Assembly: GCA_964557025.1 (NCBI GenBank)
Contig: CAZKYF010000028.1
Span: 2,555 to 66,554, forward strand
Length of the DNA stretch: 64,000 nt
Reading direction: 5' to 3'
From: an uncultured Chromatiales bacterium
GTDB lineage: Bacteria > Pseudomonadota > Gammaproteobacteria > Thiohalospirales > Thiohalospiraceae
Part shown: in pieces, positions 35,895 through 46,009 of the stretch
Position numbering within the stretch: the first letter of the stretch is position 1
Layout: each line of letters opens with the position of its first letter
Notes under the pieces: generated by a model
The model's input: the letters and a program-made list of their open reading frames with translations, nothing else
Told to the model about the DNA's origin: nothing
Databases searched by the model: none
Program-made: the position numbers and the translations under genes

Positions 35895-38072
35895 ATGTCC
35901 AGAAAGTTTCTCCTGATTCTCCTGTCGATGATCCTTTTTCCTGTAGTGGGCGGCGCGAAAAGCCTGCAACTCTCCCTGGCTGAGGTGGAGCAAGCCCTGA
36001 ATGAGGCTGATGGCCGTCTGCAGGGATTGTTGGACCGTGAGCTGCAGAGCGTTTTCGAGCGGCTCAATCTCTCCCTGGAAGAGGGTAAGCCAGTATTCCA
36101 CTTCTCCGAAGGTGATATCGTTCTGCAAGGAGGGTGTGACTCCCGTTCCCGCTTGGAGCAGATAGATGGAACCGTCACGTTGCGGGACACCAGCCGGGCG
36201 GCGTTGAGAGTGATTGCGTTCTCCAAGCCGGTCTCCCTCCAGCTCTCCCTGGATGCCGATCTGATTGCGTCGGGCAGGATGGCACAAGAGTGGGGGATTG
36301 GCAGCGAACGCCATTGTAACCGTTACGCCGACTATACTTTTGACTTCGATGCCACCGGTAACTTGGTGGTGATGCTGGATGTCACGTTTCTCCCCCAGAT
36401 CGAGTATCTCGAGGAGGGGATCAAATATACTCCGATTCCCACTGTCCAGGCCCGGATTGAACATGCTTCCTATACTATCGATGTAAAGGACAAGAATTTC
36501 GCCTCTCTGATCCGGAAGAAGATCGATGGTTACATCCAGCCCTATCTGGATCCAGCTACGGCAGCGGCATTCTCTCTTCAGCTGGAGCAACGGCTCAAAC
36601 GTTCCATCGTCGATGCCTGGGGAGCGGAATACCTGATCGTCCGCTTGCCGGAACTGGATCAGCGACAATTGGAGGAGACGCTTTCCCGGTTGCAGCAGCG
36701 GTTCGCGGATGAGGCGTTCGATCCCGAGGATCATCTGGGAGAGCTCTATTACTTGCTGTTGAGCGGCGATGACGAGCTGTGGGACAGTCTGCTGGATGAT
36801 GCCACCATCTGCGAGCTGGGAGGGAGGCTGATGGCGGAGATGCCCACCGAGCCGCTCTATCGTCAGGAGGGGGTCGCCTGTCTGGCGGTGGATCCACGTG
36901 ACATCCCGGCGGGTGCCTATTTCGCCGATGCCGCCTGCCGACAGATGATCCAATACGAGCCGCAGAGCCTGAAGGCCTATTGCGCCGAGCTCAGCGGGAC
37001 CGAGAAGGTCGAACTCACTGCGGAACCCTCCCCGTGGTATCTGTCGCCGGTCACCCGGCTCGACATCGGCGTGGAGGGCATTCGGGAAAATCATCAGCCT
37101 TTCACCACCCGCGTGGTGTACAAACGGGCGGGGACATGCGAGCTGGAGATGCGTGTCTACCGACGTTCGTTGTCCGGTGGGAATCTCGAGCCGTTGATGA
37201 TGATCCATGGCGGAAGTTGGGAACGGCGTCGTAACGGGTTGTTGGGGATGGAGTCCCAGATCTCCCATTACACCGAGCAGGGGTTCGTCGTGTTCGTTCC
37301 CTCCTACCGGCTGACGGGAGATATCGAGGGAGAAACGGATTGTAACGGCGTCGATGGTGAGGCGATCGTGGAGGATGTCGCCGATGCGCTGGCGTGGGTG
37401 CAGTCGCATGGAGTACGTTACGGGGCCAAGGCGGGTCCGGTGGCCCTTTTCGGCCAGTCGGCCGGGGGGCTTCTCGCCTTGCGACTGGCGACGGAGCAGC
37501 CGGAGCAGGTTCGCCGTTTGATGCTGCTCTATCCGGCTACCGATCTCGGTGATTTCCTGACCCGCTGGCGGGCGGGCGAACTGGGGGATGAACCCGATGG
37601 GCTGGAAGCGCTGGAAGGCTTCGTCGGTAGACCCGTGGCATCGCTGCAGCCTGACGACCCGGCCATCCTGCGCAACAGCATCCCGGGGATCATTGCTTCC
37701 ATGCCGCAGCGTTTCCCACCGATGTTCGTCATTCACGGCAGCGGAGACAGCCTGGTGCCGGTTTCCCAGTCGGTGCGCCTCTGCAATGCGTTGTCGGGAA
37801 ATCCGGAGCAGGGACCAGTGACCGAGATTCCATCACGCGTGGCGGACGGAAGGGGGCGTTCCTACGATTGTGATCAGCGTGGGAGCCGTTTGCAGGTGGT
37901 GACCGCTGCGGAACATATGCTGGATGGCTGCCTCTTCTCCTTGCTCTGCCCGGCAGGAGGGCCGGAGAGCCAGCTGGTGGCACAGGCGTTCTTGCGCACC
38001 GGGCGTCAATGGTTGATCGAGCGGGATGTGCCTCTGGTGCTTCCGCCGGGGCTTCCCGGCTACCGGAGATGA
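35895..38072 (+). CDS. secreted two-domain protein: unknown N-terminal domain (~430 aa) + C-terminal alpha/beta-hydrolase (esterase/lipase type)
   Basis: Signal peptide MSRKFLLILLSMILFPVVGGA. The C-terminal part has the oxyanion motif MMIHGGSW, the nucleophile elbow LFGQSAGG, an acid residue in FVIHGSGDSLVP, and His in AAEHML. The 653-aa antisense ORF (35775..37736) has shadow-ORF composition. Confidence 0.8.
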   Translation: MSRKFLLILLSMILFPVVGGAKSLQLSLAEVEQALNEADGRLQGLLDRELQSVFERLNLSLEEGKPVFHFSEGDIVLQGGCDSRSRLEQIDGTVTLRDTSRAALRVIAFSKPVSLQLSLDADLIASGRMAQEWGIGSERHCNRYADYTFDFDATGNLVVMLDVTFLPQIEYLEEGIKYTPIPTVQARIEHASYTIDVKDKNFASLIRKKIDGYIQPYLDPATAAAFSLQLEQRLKRSIVDAWGAEYLIVRLPELDQRQLEETLSRLQQRFADEAFDPEDHLGELYYLLLSGDDELWDSLLDDATICELGGRLMAEMPTEPLYRQEGVACLAVDPRDIPAGAYFADAACRQMIQYEPQSLKAYCAELSGTEKVELTAEPSPWYLSPVTRLDIGVEGIRENHQPFTTRVVYKRAGTCELEMRVYRRSLSGGNLEPLMMIHGGSWERRRNGLLGMESQISHYTEQGFVVFVPSYRLTGDIEGETDCNGVDGEAIVEDVADALAWVQSHGVRYGAKAGPVALFGQSAGGLLALRLATEQPEQVRRLMLLYPATDLGDFLTRWRAGELGDEPDGLEALEGFVGRPVASLQPDDPAILRNSIPGIIASMPQRFPPMFVIHGSGDSLVPVSQSVRLCNALSGNPEQGPVTEIPSRVADGRGRSYDCDQRGSRLQVVTAAEHMLDGCLFSLLCPAGGPESQLVAQAFLRTGRQWLIERDVPLVLPPGLPGYRR

Positions 38073-38075
38073 GGA

Positions 38076-39110
38076 ATGTCGTTTCTGGCCGAATATGCTT
38101 TGTTCCTCGCCAAGACGGTGACGATCGTTGCCGCCATTCTGCTGTTGGTGGGTGGGGCCGTGGCCCTTTCTCAGCGCCAGCGCGGCAAGGGAGAACGAGG
38201 ACATCTGGAGGTAACGAACCTCAACGAACGGTATGAGGAGATGTCCCGGGCGCTGGCAGAAGTATTGTTGCCGAAGGAGACATTGAAACAACGGAGGAAA
38301 GAGGAAAAGCGACGCAAGAAGGCACAGCGCAAGGAGCAGAGAAAAGCCGCCGGTCAAGCAGCCAGGAAACGGTTGTTCGTGTTGGATTTTCACGGAGATA
38401 TCCAGGCGAGTGCGGTAGAGCATCTCCGTGAGGAGATCAGTGCCGTGCTGACCATGGCGGAACAAGGGGATGAAGTGCTGGTGCGGTTGGAGAGCGGCGG
38501 CGGGACCATCCACGGTTACGGGCTGGCTGCCTCTCAACTGGAGCGGATCCGGGCGCGCGGCATCACGCTCGTCGTGGCGGTGGACAAGGTGGCAGCCAGT
38601 GGCGGTTATCTGATGGCCTGCGTGGCGGACCGGTTGATTGCCGCACCCTTTTCCATCATCGGTTCCATCGGGGTGTTGGCGCAGCTTCCCAATTTCAACC
38701 GGCTGCTGAAGCGGCACGACATCGACTTTGAACAGCTCTACGCCGGGGAATACAAACGCACCCTGACTCTCTTCGGGGAGAATACCGACAAGGCACGGGA
38801 GAAGGTGCGGGAGGAGCTGGAGGAGATCCACAGGTTGTTCAAGGGATTCATCAAGCGGCAGCGTGCAGGCCTGGAGGTGGAGAAGGTGGCCACAGGCGAA
38901 CATTGGCTGGGTAGCCGGGCGCTCGAGCTCGGGCTGGTGGACGAGCTGCTCACCAGCGACGACTACCTGATGGCGGCCCGGGAACATGCCGATATCGTCG
39001 AGGTGCGCTACGTGCTGCGGCAAGGGCTGAAGGAACGTCTGGCATCGCTGTTTTCGGGGGAACGGCTGGGAAGGCAAAAGGCCACCACACCATTCGTTGG
39101 AAGGGTCTGA
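38076..39110 (+). CDS. sohB: inner-membrane peptidase SohB (S49 family)
   Basis: N-terminal TM FLAKTVTIVAAILLLVGGAVAL, basic linker, and the S49 catalytic region DKVAASGGYLMACVA. Confidence 0.9.
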   Translation: MSFLAEYALFLAKTVTIVAAILLLVGGAVALSQRQRGKGERGHLEVTNLNERYEEMSRALAEVLLPKETLKQRRKEEKRRKKAQRKEQRKAAGQAARKRLFVLDFHGDIQASAVEHLREEISAVLTMAEQGDEVLVRLESGGGTIHGYGLAASQLERIRARGITLVVAVDKVAASGGYLMACVADRLIAAPFSIIGSIGVLAQLPNFNRLLKRHDIDFEQLYAGEYKRTLTLFGENTDKAREKVREELEEIHRLFKGFIKRQRAGLEVEKVATGEHWLGSRALELGLVDELLTSDDYLMAAREHADIVEVRYVLRQGLKERLASLFSGERLGRQKATTPFVGRV

Positions 39111-39182
39111 GGAAAGCGAGTGGAGGTTGAAAGTGGAGGAATATGACGGCCGGGGCTGAAGGGCCACCGACCGCATTCCCGC

Positions 39183-40031
39183 TCAATGCAACACGTTGGC
39201 CAACCGGCGGCGATATTCCCGTACCAGGTCGGGATTGTCCACGATGTTGAACAAAGTCAGCATCTGTTTGCGGCCGATGTCTTCCCTGAAACCGCGATCG
39301 CGGCGGATGATCTCCAGCAGTTGCTCCATCGCCTCGGCGTAACGGTGTTCCGCGGTATAGCGATTGGCCAGCAGCAAGCGGGCCTCGAGATCGCCCGGAT
39401 CGTCGAGGATGCGTCGCCGCAACTCGGCTTCCTCCGGCAGATCCCTGCTCTGCTCGGCGAGCTCGAGCCGGCTTTCCAGTTCCTTCACTTCCGATTCGGC
39501 CCGTGCGGTGGGGGAGAGGGCATCGAACTGTTCCCGCGCCGCCGCCAGCCGATCGAGGTCGAGGTAGAGGCGAATCAGATCGGTACGGATACGATCGTTC
39601 TCCGGCTCCATAGTCAACGCCTCCTCCAGCAACTCCCGCGCTTTCTCGGCATTCCCGTCCCCCCGTTGCTCGGCGGCATGTCTGCGCAGCTTCTCCGCCG
39701 GTGACGGAAGCAACCGCTCGATGAATACCCGAACCTCCGACTCCGGCAGGGCCCCGGAGAATTCGTCCACGACACGGCCTTCCACCACCGCTTTCACGCT
39801 GGGGATGCCGCGAACGCCGAACTGGCTGGCGAGATGAGGGTTTTCGTCGGAGTTCACCTTGGCCAGCACGAAACGCCCACCATATTCTTCGGCGAGCTTC
39901 TCCAGGATCGGTTTCAGCATCCGGCACGGGCCGCACCATGGAGCCCAGAAATCCACGATGACCGGTACCTGATAGGAACGTTCGATGACCTGCTGTTCGA
40001 AATCTGCCTCTCCAACGTCGATGGCGTGCAT
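39183..40031 (-). CDS. thioredoxin-domain + TPR co-chaperone (YbbN/CnoX-like, with intact WCGPC)
   Basis: [18 protein letters not shown] thioredoxin fold followed by about 170 aa of TPR-like helical repeats. Confidence 0.85.
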   Translation of the reverse strand: MHAIDVGEADFEQQVIERSYQVPVIVDFWAPWCGPCRMLKPILEKLAEEYGGRFVLAKVNSDENPHLASQFGVRGIPSVKAVVEGRVVDEFSGALPESEVRVFIERLLPSPAEKLRRHAAEQRGDGNAEKARELLEEALTMEPENDRIRTDLIRLYLDLDRLAAAREQFDALSPTARAESEVKELESRLELAEQSRDLPEEAELRRRILDDPGDLEARLLLANRYTAEHRYAEAMEQLLEIIRRDRGFREDIGRKQMLTLFNIVDNPDLVREYRRRLANVLH

Positions 40032-40175
40032 CTCTTCTCCTCGCTTCGATCAAAAACCTGTCTCGGTGAACCAGGAAGGAAGCCCCGCTTTCCGTTCCAT
40101 TCTATCCATTCGGGATGGAGGCGGATAGGGGAAGATTCAAGTGAAAGGAGAAACGGGACGAAAAGAGGTCTGGAC

Positions 40176-40204
40176 TTGACAATATGTAAAGATGTTCATA
40201 TCAT
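40176..40204 (+). promoter_or_regulatory. candidate sigma70 promoter of the efflux operon
   Basis: TTGACA (40176-40181), a 17-nt spacer, then TATCAT (40199-40204). It lies about 38 nt upstream of the GTG 40242 start. The -10 is overlapped by the palindrome TCATCA-ttgcc-TGATGA. Confidence 0.45.
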
Positions 40205-40241
40205 CATTGCCTGATGAATATCAGGAAAGGAGTATTCAGAG

Positions 40242-41597
40242 GTGTTCTGCCCGACATGTAATTTGAGAGGTGGATTGGTTATCTCATTGATTTTGATGAG
40301 TGCCGTATCGGTATCGACGGCCCAGGAGACGATCGATTTCCCGGCCGCCGTTCGCATGGCCTTGGAGCGCAACCCCGGCCTGGCGGCCACGGCGCAACAG
40401 ATCGAGGCCGCCCGTGCGCAGCAGCGAGGTGCCCGGGGAGCGCTGTTTCCCCGGCTGGATCTGAATGTCGAGGCTTCCAGCACCGACGCCCCCCTCGGTG
40501 TCTTTGCCGGCAAACTCTCGCAGCAGCGGGTGACGGTGCAGGACTTCGATCCGGCGCGGCTCAACTCTCCCGATGACTTCGACAACGTGAAGACATCGGT
40601 GCGGCTGAGCTGGCCCGTTTGGCAGGGAGGGGCGCTGTGGGCCGGCAAGCGGCAAGCGAAGTCGGCATTGGAGGCGGCGTCCCACAGCTACGGTATGAGC
40701 CGGCAGAAATTGACCCTGGACGTCTTGACCGCCTACACCGGTGCCCATGAGGCCAAAGCCCAGTTGAAGGCCAGTGAGGAAGCGCTGCAAGCAGCGGAGC
40801 AACATGCCAAGGTGACTCGGGCGCAGCGGGAACAGGGAATGGCGGTCGAGAGCGATGTGATGACCGCCGAGGTCCATCGCCTGAATGCCGAGGTGCAGCT
40901 GCACCGGGCACGGAACGCCCTGGCGGATGCCATGGACCGGCTGCGGGTCCTGTTGAATCTGGAATCCGGAGCCCCGTTGACCCTGGGGCCGGTTCCGGTG
41001 ATCCCGCCGCTGGACGCCGATCTGGAGAGCTTGCAACGGACAGCCGTGGAGTCCCGGCCCGACCTGCTGGCATTGCGGGCCAGCATCCGGGCCCAGCAGG
41101 CGGCCGTCCGTGTTCGGCAGGCGGCCTTCTATCCCTCCGTGCAGCTGATGGCGCAGCAGGAGTGGAACGATTCGAAGCTGGCCCTGGAGAACGAAAATAC
41201 CCTGGTGGCCGGTGTGGTGCAGATGAACCTGTTCGCCGGCGGAGCGGACAAGGCGGCCGTGGACGGTGCGCGAGCGCAGCTGGCCCGCCTGCAGTATCAA
41301 CTGGAAAGTGCACAGCGGGCCTACCGTGCCGAGGTGGCCCGTGCCTGGCGCGGGCGGGAGGAGGCCCGTTCCCGGGCCGTGGCCCAGAAAGAGGCGGAAC
41401 GGCAGGCAGCCGAGGCGCTGCGCATCGTGGAACTGCGTTACAAGGCGGGACTGGAGCGTACCGTCGATCTGCTACAGGCCCAGGCCCGGCTCGACGCGGC
41501 CCGTGCCCAACGTATTCACACCGATTTCGAACTGATTCTGGCCGAGGCCCGCTTGCGCATGGCGGCCGGTCGGCTTGCTTTGGAGGAGATTCTATGA
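40242..41597 (+). CDS. TolC-family outer-membrane efflux protein
   Basis: Signal peptide plus two OEP repeats rich in long Ala/Gln/Arg/Leu helices (e.g. AARAQQRGARGALFPRLDL, AQLARLQYQLESAQRAY). It is the first gene of the tripartite operon. Confidence 0.9.
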   Translation: MFCPTCNLRGGLVISLILMSAVSVSTAQETIDFPAAVRMALERNPGLAATAQQIEAARAQQRGARGALFPRLDLNVEASSTDAPLGVFAGKLSQQRVTVQDFDPARLNSPDDFDNVKTSVRLSWPVWQGGALWAGKRQAKSALEAASHSYGMSRQKLTLDVLTAYTGAHEAKAQLKASEEALQAAEQHAKVTRAQREQGMAVESDVMTAEVHRLNAEVQLHRARNALADAMDRLRVLLNLESGAPLTLGPVPVIPPLDADLESLQRTAVESRPDLLALRASIRAQQAAVRVRQAAFYPSVQLMAQQEWNDSKLALENENTLVAGVVQMNLFAGGADKAAVDGARAQLARLQYQLESAQRAYRAEVARAWRGREEARSRAVAQKEAERQAAEALRIVELRYKAGLERTVDLLQAQARLDAARAQRIHTDFELILAEARLRMAAGRLALEEIL

Positions 41598-42667
41598 AAC
41601 CGAGCGTTTGGTTGTTGGCAGGAGGACTCTTTGGGGCGATCGCCCTGGCAGGGTGCGGTGGAACGGGACACGAGGGTGCCCTGCCGCCGGCGGGGGAGGT
41701 GAAGGCCCGAACGATCACCGTGGAACCGGAGTCGGTACCGGTCTTCTACGATGCCAGTGGATCGGTGGTTTCCGAACAGCGGGTCACCATCACCTCACGG
41801 CTCTCCGGTTACATCCGTGACCTGAACGTGAACGAAGGGGACCGGGTGAAGGCCGGACAGGTGCTGTTCCGGGTGGATCCCGTGGATGTCCGCTCCCAGC
41901 AGGAGGCGGCCCGGGCGCAATTGGTGCAGGCGGAGGCGGATCTCGCGGATGCCGAGTCGGATCTGCGCCGTTTCGAGGCGCTGTTCGAACAGGGTGCCGC
42001 TTCCCAGCGTCAATTGGACAAGGCGCGGCTGCGTGTGAAGGTGGCGCGCAGCGCGGTGAAGCAGGCCAGGGCGGCGCTGCGTCAGGCGCGCAACCAGCTC
42101 ACCTACGCCGAGGTACGGGCACCCGGAGACGGCATCGTGGTGCGCAAGCTGAAGCGCAACGGTGACCTGGCCACCCCCGGGGCGCCGGTGCTGACCCTGG
42201 AGAACCCGGAGCAACTGGTGGTGGATACCTACGTGGATGAGGCCAACGTCAGCCGCATCAAACCGGGTGACGAGGTTCATCTCGAATTTCCCGCCTTCGA
42301 CAAGAGGCTCACCGGTGAGGTGTTGCAGGTGGTGGGGGCGGCCGACCCGGTGGCTCACAACTTCCTGGTGAAGATCAGTCTGCCCAAGGATGCCGACGTT
42401 CCGGCGGGAGCCTATGTGAAGGTGCGTTTCACGGTGGCTACCCGGGAGGTGTTGATGCTGCCCGAGAAGGCGCTGATCAACCGGGCCGATCTGCCCGCCG
42501 TCTATGTGGTCGACGAGCAGGGTATCGCGCACTACCGGCTGGTGCGTCTCGGCCAGTCCTACGGGGACAAGGTGGAGATCACCGCCGGTTTGACGGCCGG
42601 AGCCCGGGTCGTGCTGGAGAGTGAGGGTGAGTTGCGCAGCGGCATGCGGGTCGTGGCGGAGGAGTGA
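41594..42667 (+). CDS. efflux RND periplasmic adaptor (HlyD/MFP family) lipoprotein
   Basis: I trimmed to ATG 41594 (ATGA overlap with the TolC stop). Lipobox AIALAGC. Lipoyl-like VKAGQVLFRVDP, a coiled-coil hairpin and a beta-barrel domain. Confidence 0.9.
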   Translation: MKPSVWLLAGGLFGAIALAGCGGTGHEGALPPAGEVKARTITVEPESVPVFYDASGSVVSEQRVTITSRLSGYIRDLNVNEGDRVKAGQVLFRVDPVDVRSQQEAARAQLVQAEADLADAESDLRRFEALFEQGAASQRQLDKARLRVKVARSAVKQARAALRQARNQLTYAEVRAPGDGIVVRKLKRNGDLATPGAPVLTLENPEQLVVDTYVDEANVSRIKPGDEVHLEFPAFDKRLTGEVLQVVGAADPVAHNFLVKISLPKDADVPAGAYVKVRFTVATREVLMLPEKALINRADLPAVYVVDEQGIAHYRLVRLGQSYGDKVEITAGLTAGARVVLESEGELRSGMRVVAEE

Positions 42668-42672
42668 AAGCG

Positions 42673-45600
42673 ATGAGTGAACAGCACAATCCTTCCGATC
42701 TGAATATCGCCGGCCGCCTCGGTCAGGCGGCGATGAACAGTACCCTCACGCCCCTGATCAGCGTGCTCATCTTCCTGGTGGGGCTGGTGGCGCTGTTCAT
42801 CACCCCCCGGGAGGAGAATCCGCAGATCGACGTGCCGGCGGCCAACGTCTTCGTACGTATGGAGGGTTCCAGTCCCGCCGAGGTATTGAACAAGGTGGTG
42901 CGCCCGCTGGAAGCCGTTTTGCGGGAGATGAGCGGCGTCGATCACACCTATGGCATGGCGCTGGATTCCCTGGCCATCGTCACCGTGCAGTTCGAGGTGG
43001 GCGAAGACAAGGAGGAGAGCCTGGTCAAGCTCTACGATCGCCTGATGCACAATCTGGATCGTATCCCGCCGGGGGCCAGCCAGCCGCTGGTGAAGCCGGT
43101 GGATGTGGACGATGTGCCCATCGTGGTGCTCACCCTCTCCAGCGACGAGCTGGATGACATGCAGCTGAAACGCCTGGCCGAGCGGGTGCGTGAACAGCTG
43201 GTGCCGCTGGAAGGGGTCAGTGTGACCGATATCATCGGCGGGCGCGATCGCCAGATCAGCATCAAGATCGATCCGGTGCGTCTGGGTGCCTACCGCATCC
43301 CTCTGGACCGGCTCCAGCAGGTGTTGCAGGGAGCCAATGCCGGCGGTCCGGTGGGAGAGCTGGTGGGGGACAACCGTGTGGCCAAGGTGTGGCTGCAAGG
43401 TTACCTGAAGAGTGTGGAGGATGTGGGTGCCCTCGTGGTGGGCGAGTGGGAAGGCAGTCCCATCTATCTGCGTGATGTGGCCACCCTGTATGACGGTCCC
43501 GCCGAGGTGGAGACCCTGCACCGCATCGGCTTCGGACCCGGTGTGAGCCCCGAGGCGGCGGCGGAGCCGCAACGGCCGGCGGTCTCCATCGCCCTGGCCA
43601 AGAAGCGGGGGACCAACGCGGTATTCGTGGCGGATCGCATCCTGGCGAAGGTGGAGACCCTGAAAGGGGACTTCATCCCGGAGAACGTCACCGTCACGGT
43701 CACCCGGGATTCCGGCAAGCAGGCCAACGATGCCGTCAACTATCTGATCGAGCATCTCGGGATCGCCATCGGTTCGGTGATCATCCTGTTGCTGCTGTTC
43801 CTGGGATGGCGTGAGGCGGCCATCGTCACCATGAACATTCCGCTGATCCTGTTCGTGGTGTTCGCGGCCGGCCTGCTGGCGGACCAGACCATCAACCGGA
43901 TCACCCTGTTCGCCCTCATCCTGGCGCTGGGTCTGCTGGTGGACGATGCCATCGTAGTGGTGGAGAACATCCATCGGCATCTGCACAAAGGGGTGAAAAG
44001 CCTGAAGGACAAGGCGCGGGTGATCATCACCGCCACCAACGAGACCGGCAAGCCCACCATCATCGCCACCTTCGCGGTGATCCTGGCCTTCATCCCGATG
44101 GCCTTCGTCACCGGCATGATGGGACCCTACATGGCACCCATCCCTTTCAACACGCCGGTGGCGATGCTGGCCTCGCTCATCATCGCCTACATGGTGACAC
44201 CCTGGATCGCACAGCGCTGGATGCCCTGCAAGATCAGCGAGCCCACCATGGAGGAGCGGGATGCCGAGGAGCGTGACTGGATCCATCGTACCTATTACCG
44301 GTTGGCGACGCCGCTGGTGGAGGGGACCTGGCAGCGCTGGGTGCTGTTCTTCGTGGTGCTGGCGATGATGATCGGTGCCCTGTGGCAGCCCGCCTGGCAG
44401 TTCTTCCGTCCGTCCGGCATCGGCGGGCCCATGACCCCGGGCACGGTGGAGCTGAAAATGCTGCCCAAGGGCAACAAGAACACCTTCAACATCACCATCG
44501 ACATGCCGGAGGGTACGCCGCTGGAGATGACCGACGGAGTGGCGCGAGAGGTGGCCGATGTGCTGCGCGCCTATCGCTATGTCACCGACTACGAGACCTT
44601 CGTGGGTCAGGCGGGACCGGTGGATTTCAACGGCATGCTACGCGGTGCAGTGTTGCGTCGCGGACCGCATCTGGCGGAGATCCGGGTCAACCTGGTGGAC
44701 AAGCGGGAACGCAGCCTCAAGTCCGAGGCCATCGTGCTCGAGTTGCGGGAGTTGCTGCGGCCGGTGATGCAGGCCCATCCGGGCGCCAACATCAAGCTGG
44801 TGGAGGATCCGCCCGGTCCGCCGGTGCGCGCCACCGTGCTGGCCGAGCTCTACGGGCCGGATTCGGAGGTACTTGCCGAGCTGGTGCGCAAGGTGCGGGC
44901 CGAGTTCGAGCAGACCTATGATCTGGTGGATATCGACGACTCCCTGGGAGACGATCAGGTGGAGTACCGTATCGAGGTGGACAAGGAAAAGGCGGCCCGG
45001 CTGGGGATCTCCACCGCCCGGGTGCTGCAAACCGTCGGCTCCTTCCTGGGCGGTTTCGACCTGGGGGCGGTGCACGACGAGAATGAGCGCCACCCGGTGA
45101 AGATCCACGTGCGTCTGCCGCGGGAATACCGGGCCCATCTCTCCGATCTGGGGCAGATCTATATCAGCGATCGGGAAGGGCGTCCCATCTCCCTGGCTTC
45201 CCTGGCCAGGATTCACGAGGTGGTGGCTTCCAAGCCGGTCTACACCAAGGATGGGCATGTGGTGGCCTACGTGTCGGCCGAGCCGATGCGCGGTTCGCAG
45301 GTCTATCCGCTGCTGGACCTGGACGGCCGGCTGGACGGCATGGAGCTGGGCAGCGCCGGCAAGTTGACCACCGCCGGGCTGAAATTCGTCTCGGTGCAAC
45401 CGGAGGATACCTACAATTATCAGCTGTTGTGGGACGGGGAGATGCGCCTGACCCTGGACGTGTTCCGGGATCTGGGCTCGGCGTTCATCGTGGCGCTGGT
45501 GCTGATCTATCTGCTGCTGGTGGCCTACTACGCCAACTTCACCACCCCGCTGCTGGTGATGGGCGCCATACCGCTCACCATGATCGGCATCTTCCCCGGC

Positions 45601-45981
45601 CACTGGATTCTGCAGCAGCCGTTCACCGCCACCTCGATGATCGGCATGATTGCGCTGGCCGGTATCGTGGTGCGTAACTCGCTGTTGCTGATCGATTTCA
45701 TCATCGACTACCGGGCGAAGGGGAATGATCTGAAGACCGCGGTACTGGAGGCGGGCGCGGTGCGTACCCGGCCCATCCTGCTCACCGCACTGGCGGTGAT
45801 CGCCGGAACCTCCATCATGATCAGCGACCCTGTGTTCGGCGGGCTCGGGATCTCCATGGCCTTCGGCACCCTGGCTTCCACCGTGCTGACGCTGTTCGTG
45901 ATCCCGCTGGCCTATTACCGCTGGCAGCGGAACAAGCCATCGGCGCCGAGGGTCGAGGCCACGGCTTGTGAAACCAACTGA
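42673..45981 (+). CDS. RND efflux permease (HAE-type, AcrB/AcrD/AcrF superfamily)
   Basis: About 1100 aa with 12-TM topology. The TM4 motif ALGLLVDDAIVVVENI is the hydrophobe/amphiphile type, not the heavy-metal DFG..DGA..EN type. ATG 42673 is 8 nt after GGAGGAG. The track ORF begins at GTG 42664, overlapping the MFP stop. Confidence 0.92.
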   Translation: MSEQHNPSDLNIAGRLGQAAMNSTLTPLISVLIFLVGLVALFITPREENPQIDVPAANVFVRMEGSSPAEVLNKVVRPLEAVLREMSGVDHTYGMALDSLAIVTVQFEVGEDKEESLVKLYDRLMHNLDRIPPGASQPLVKPVDVDDVPIVVLTLSSDELDDMQLKRLAERVREQLVPLEGVSVTDIIGGRDRQISIKIDPVRLGAYRIPLDRLQQVLQGANAGGPVGELVGDNRVAKVWLQGYLKSVEDVGALVVGEWEGSPIYLRDVATLYDGPAEVETLHRIGFGPGVSPEAAAEPQRPAVSIALAKKRGTNAVFVADRILAKVETLKGDFIPENVTVTVTRDSGKQANDAVNYLIEHLGIAIGSVIILLLLFLGWREAAIVTMNIPLILFVVFAAGLLADQTINRITLFALILALGLLVDDAIVVVENIHRHLHKGVKSLKDKARVIITATNETGKPTIIATFAVILAFIPMAFVTGMMGPYMAPIPFNTPVAMLASLIIAYMVTPWIAQRWMPCKISEPTMEERDAEERDWIHRTYYRLATPLVEGTWQRWVLFFVVLAMMIGALWQPAWQFFRPSGIGGPMTPGTVELKMLPKGNKNTFNITIDMPEGTPLEMTDGVAREVADVLRAYRYVTDYETFVGQAGPVDFNGMLRGAVLRRGPHLAEIRVNLVDKRERSLKSEAIVLELRELLRPVMQAHPGANIKLVEDPPGPPVRATVLAELYGPDSEVLAELVRKVRAEFEQTYDLVDIDDSLGDDQVEYRIEVDKEKAARLGISTARVLQTVGSFLGGFDLGAVHDENERHPVKIHVRLPREYRAHLSDLGQIYISDREGRPISLASLARIHEVVASKPVYTKDGHVVAYVSAEPMRGSQVYPLLDLDGRLDGMELGSAGKLTTAGLKFVSVQPEDTYNYQLLWDGEMRLTLDVFRDLGSAFIVALVLIYLLLVAYYANFTTPLLVMGAIPLTMIGIFPGHWILQQPFTATSMIGMIALAGIVVRNSLLLIDFIIDYRAKGNDLKTAVLEAGAVRTRPILLTALAVIAGTSIMISDPVFGGLGISMAFGTLASTVLTLFVIPLAYYRWQRNKPSAPRVEATACETN

Positions 45982-46009
45982 TGTGTGAGAAACCGAGAGG
46001 AGGTCTGTC

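Noticed and set aside
35775-37736. 653-aa minus-strand ORF, one of the longest in the track
   Set aside because: It is antisense to the 725-aa hydrolase gene. Its composition is Arg/Gly/Leu/Pro/His/Gln-rich with no motif, whereas the plus-strand frame has a signal peptide and HGG/GxSxG/Asp/His hydrolase motifs. This is a typical GC-rich shadow ORF.
32200-38072. tRNA-Leu-associated genomic island carrying the GTPase pair and hydrolase
   Set aside because: There is no integrase. I could not find a direct repeat of the tRNA-Leu 3' end at 35.7-35.9 kb or 38.1 kb. Base composition and codon bias look like the flanking core genes.
37833-40053. 447-aa and 367-aa minus-strand ORFs overlapping sohB and the thioredoxin-TPR gene
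   Set aside because: One is antisense to sohB. The other is an alternative frame of the thioredoxin gene and is extremely Arg/Gly/Pro/Ala-rich. The WCGPC and S49 motifs identify the real frames.
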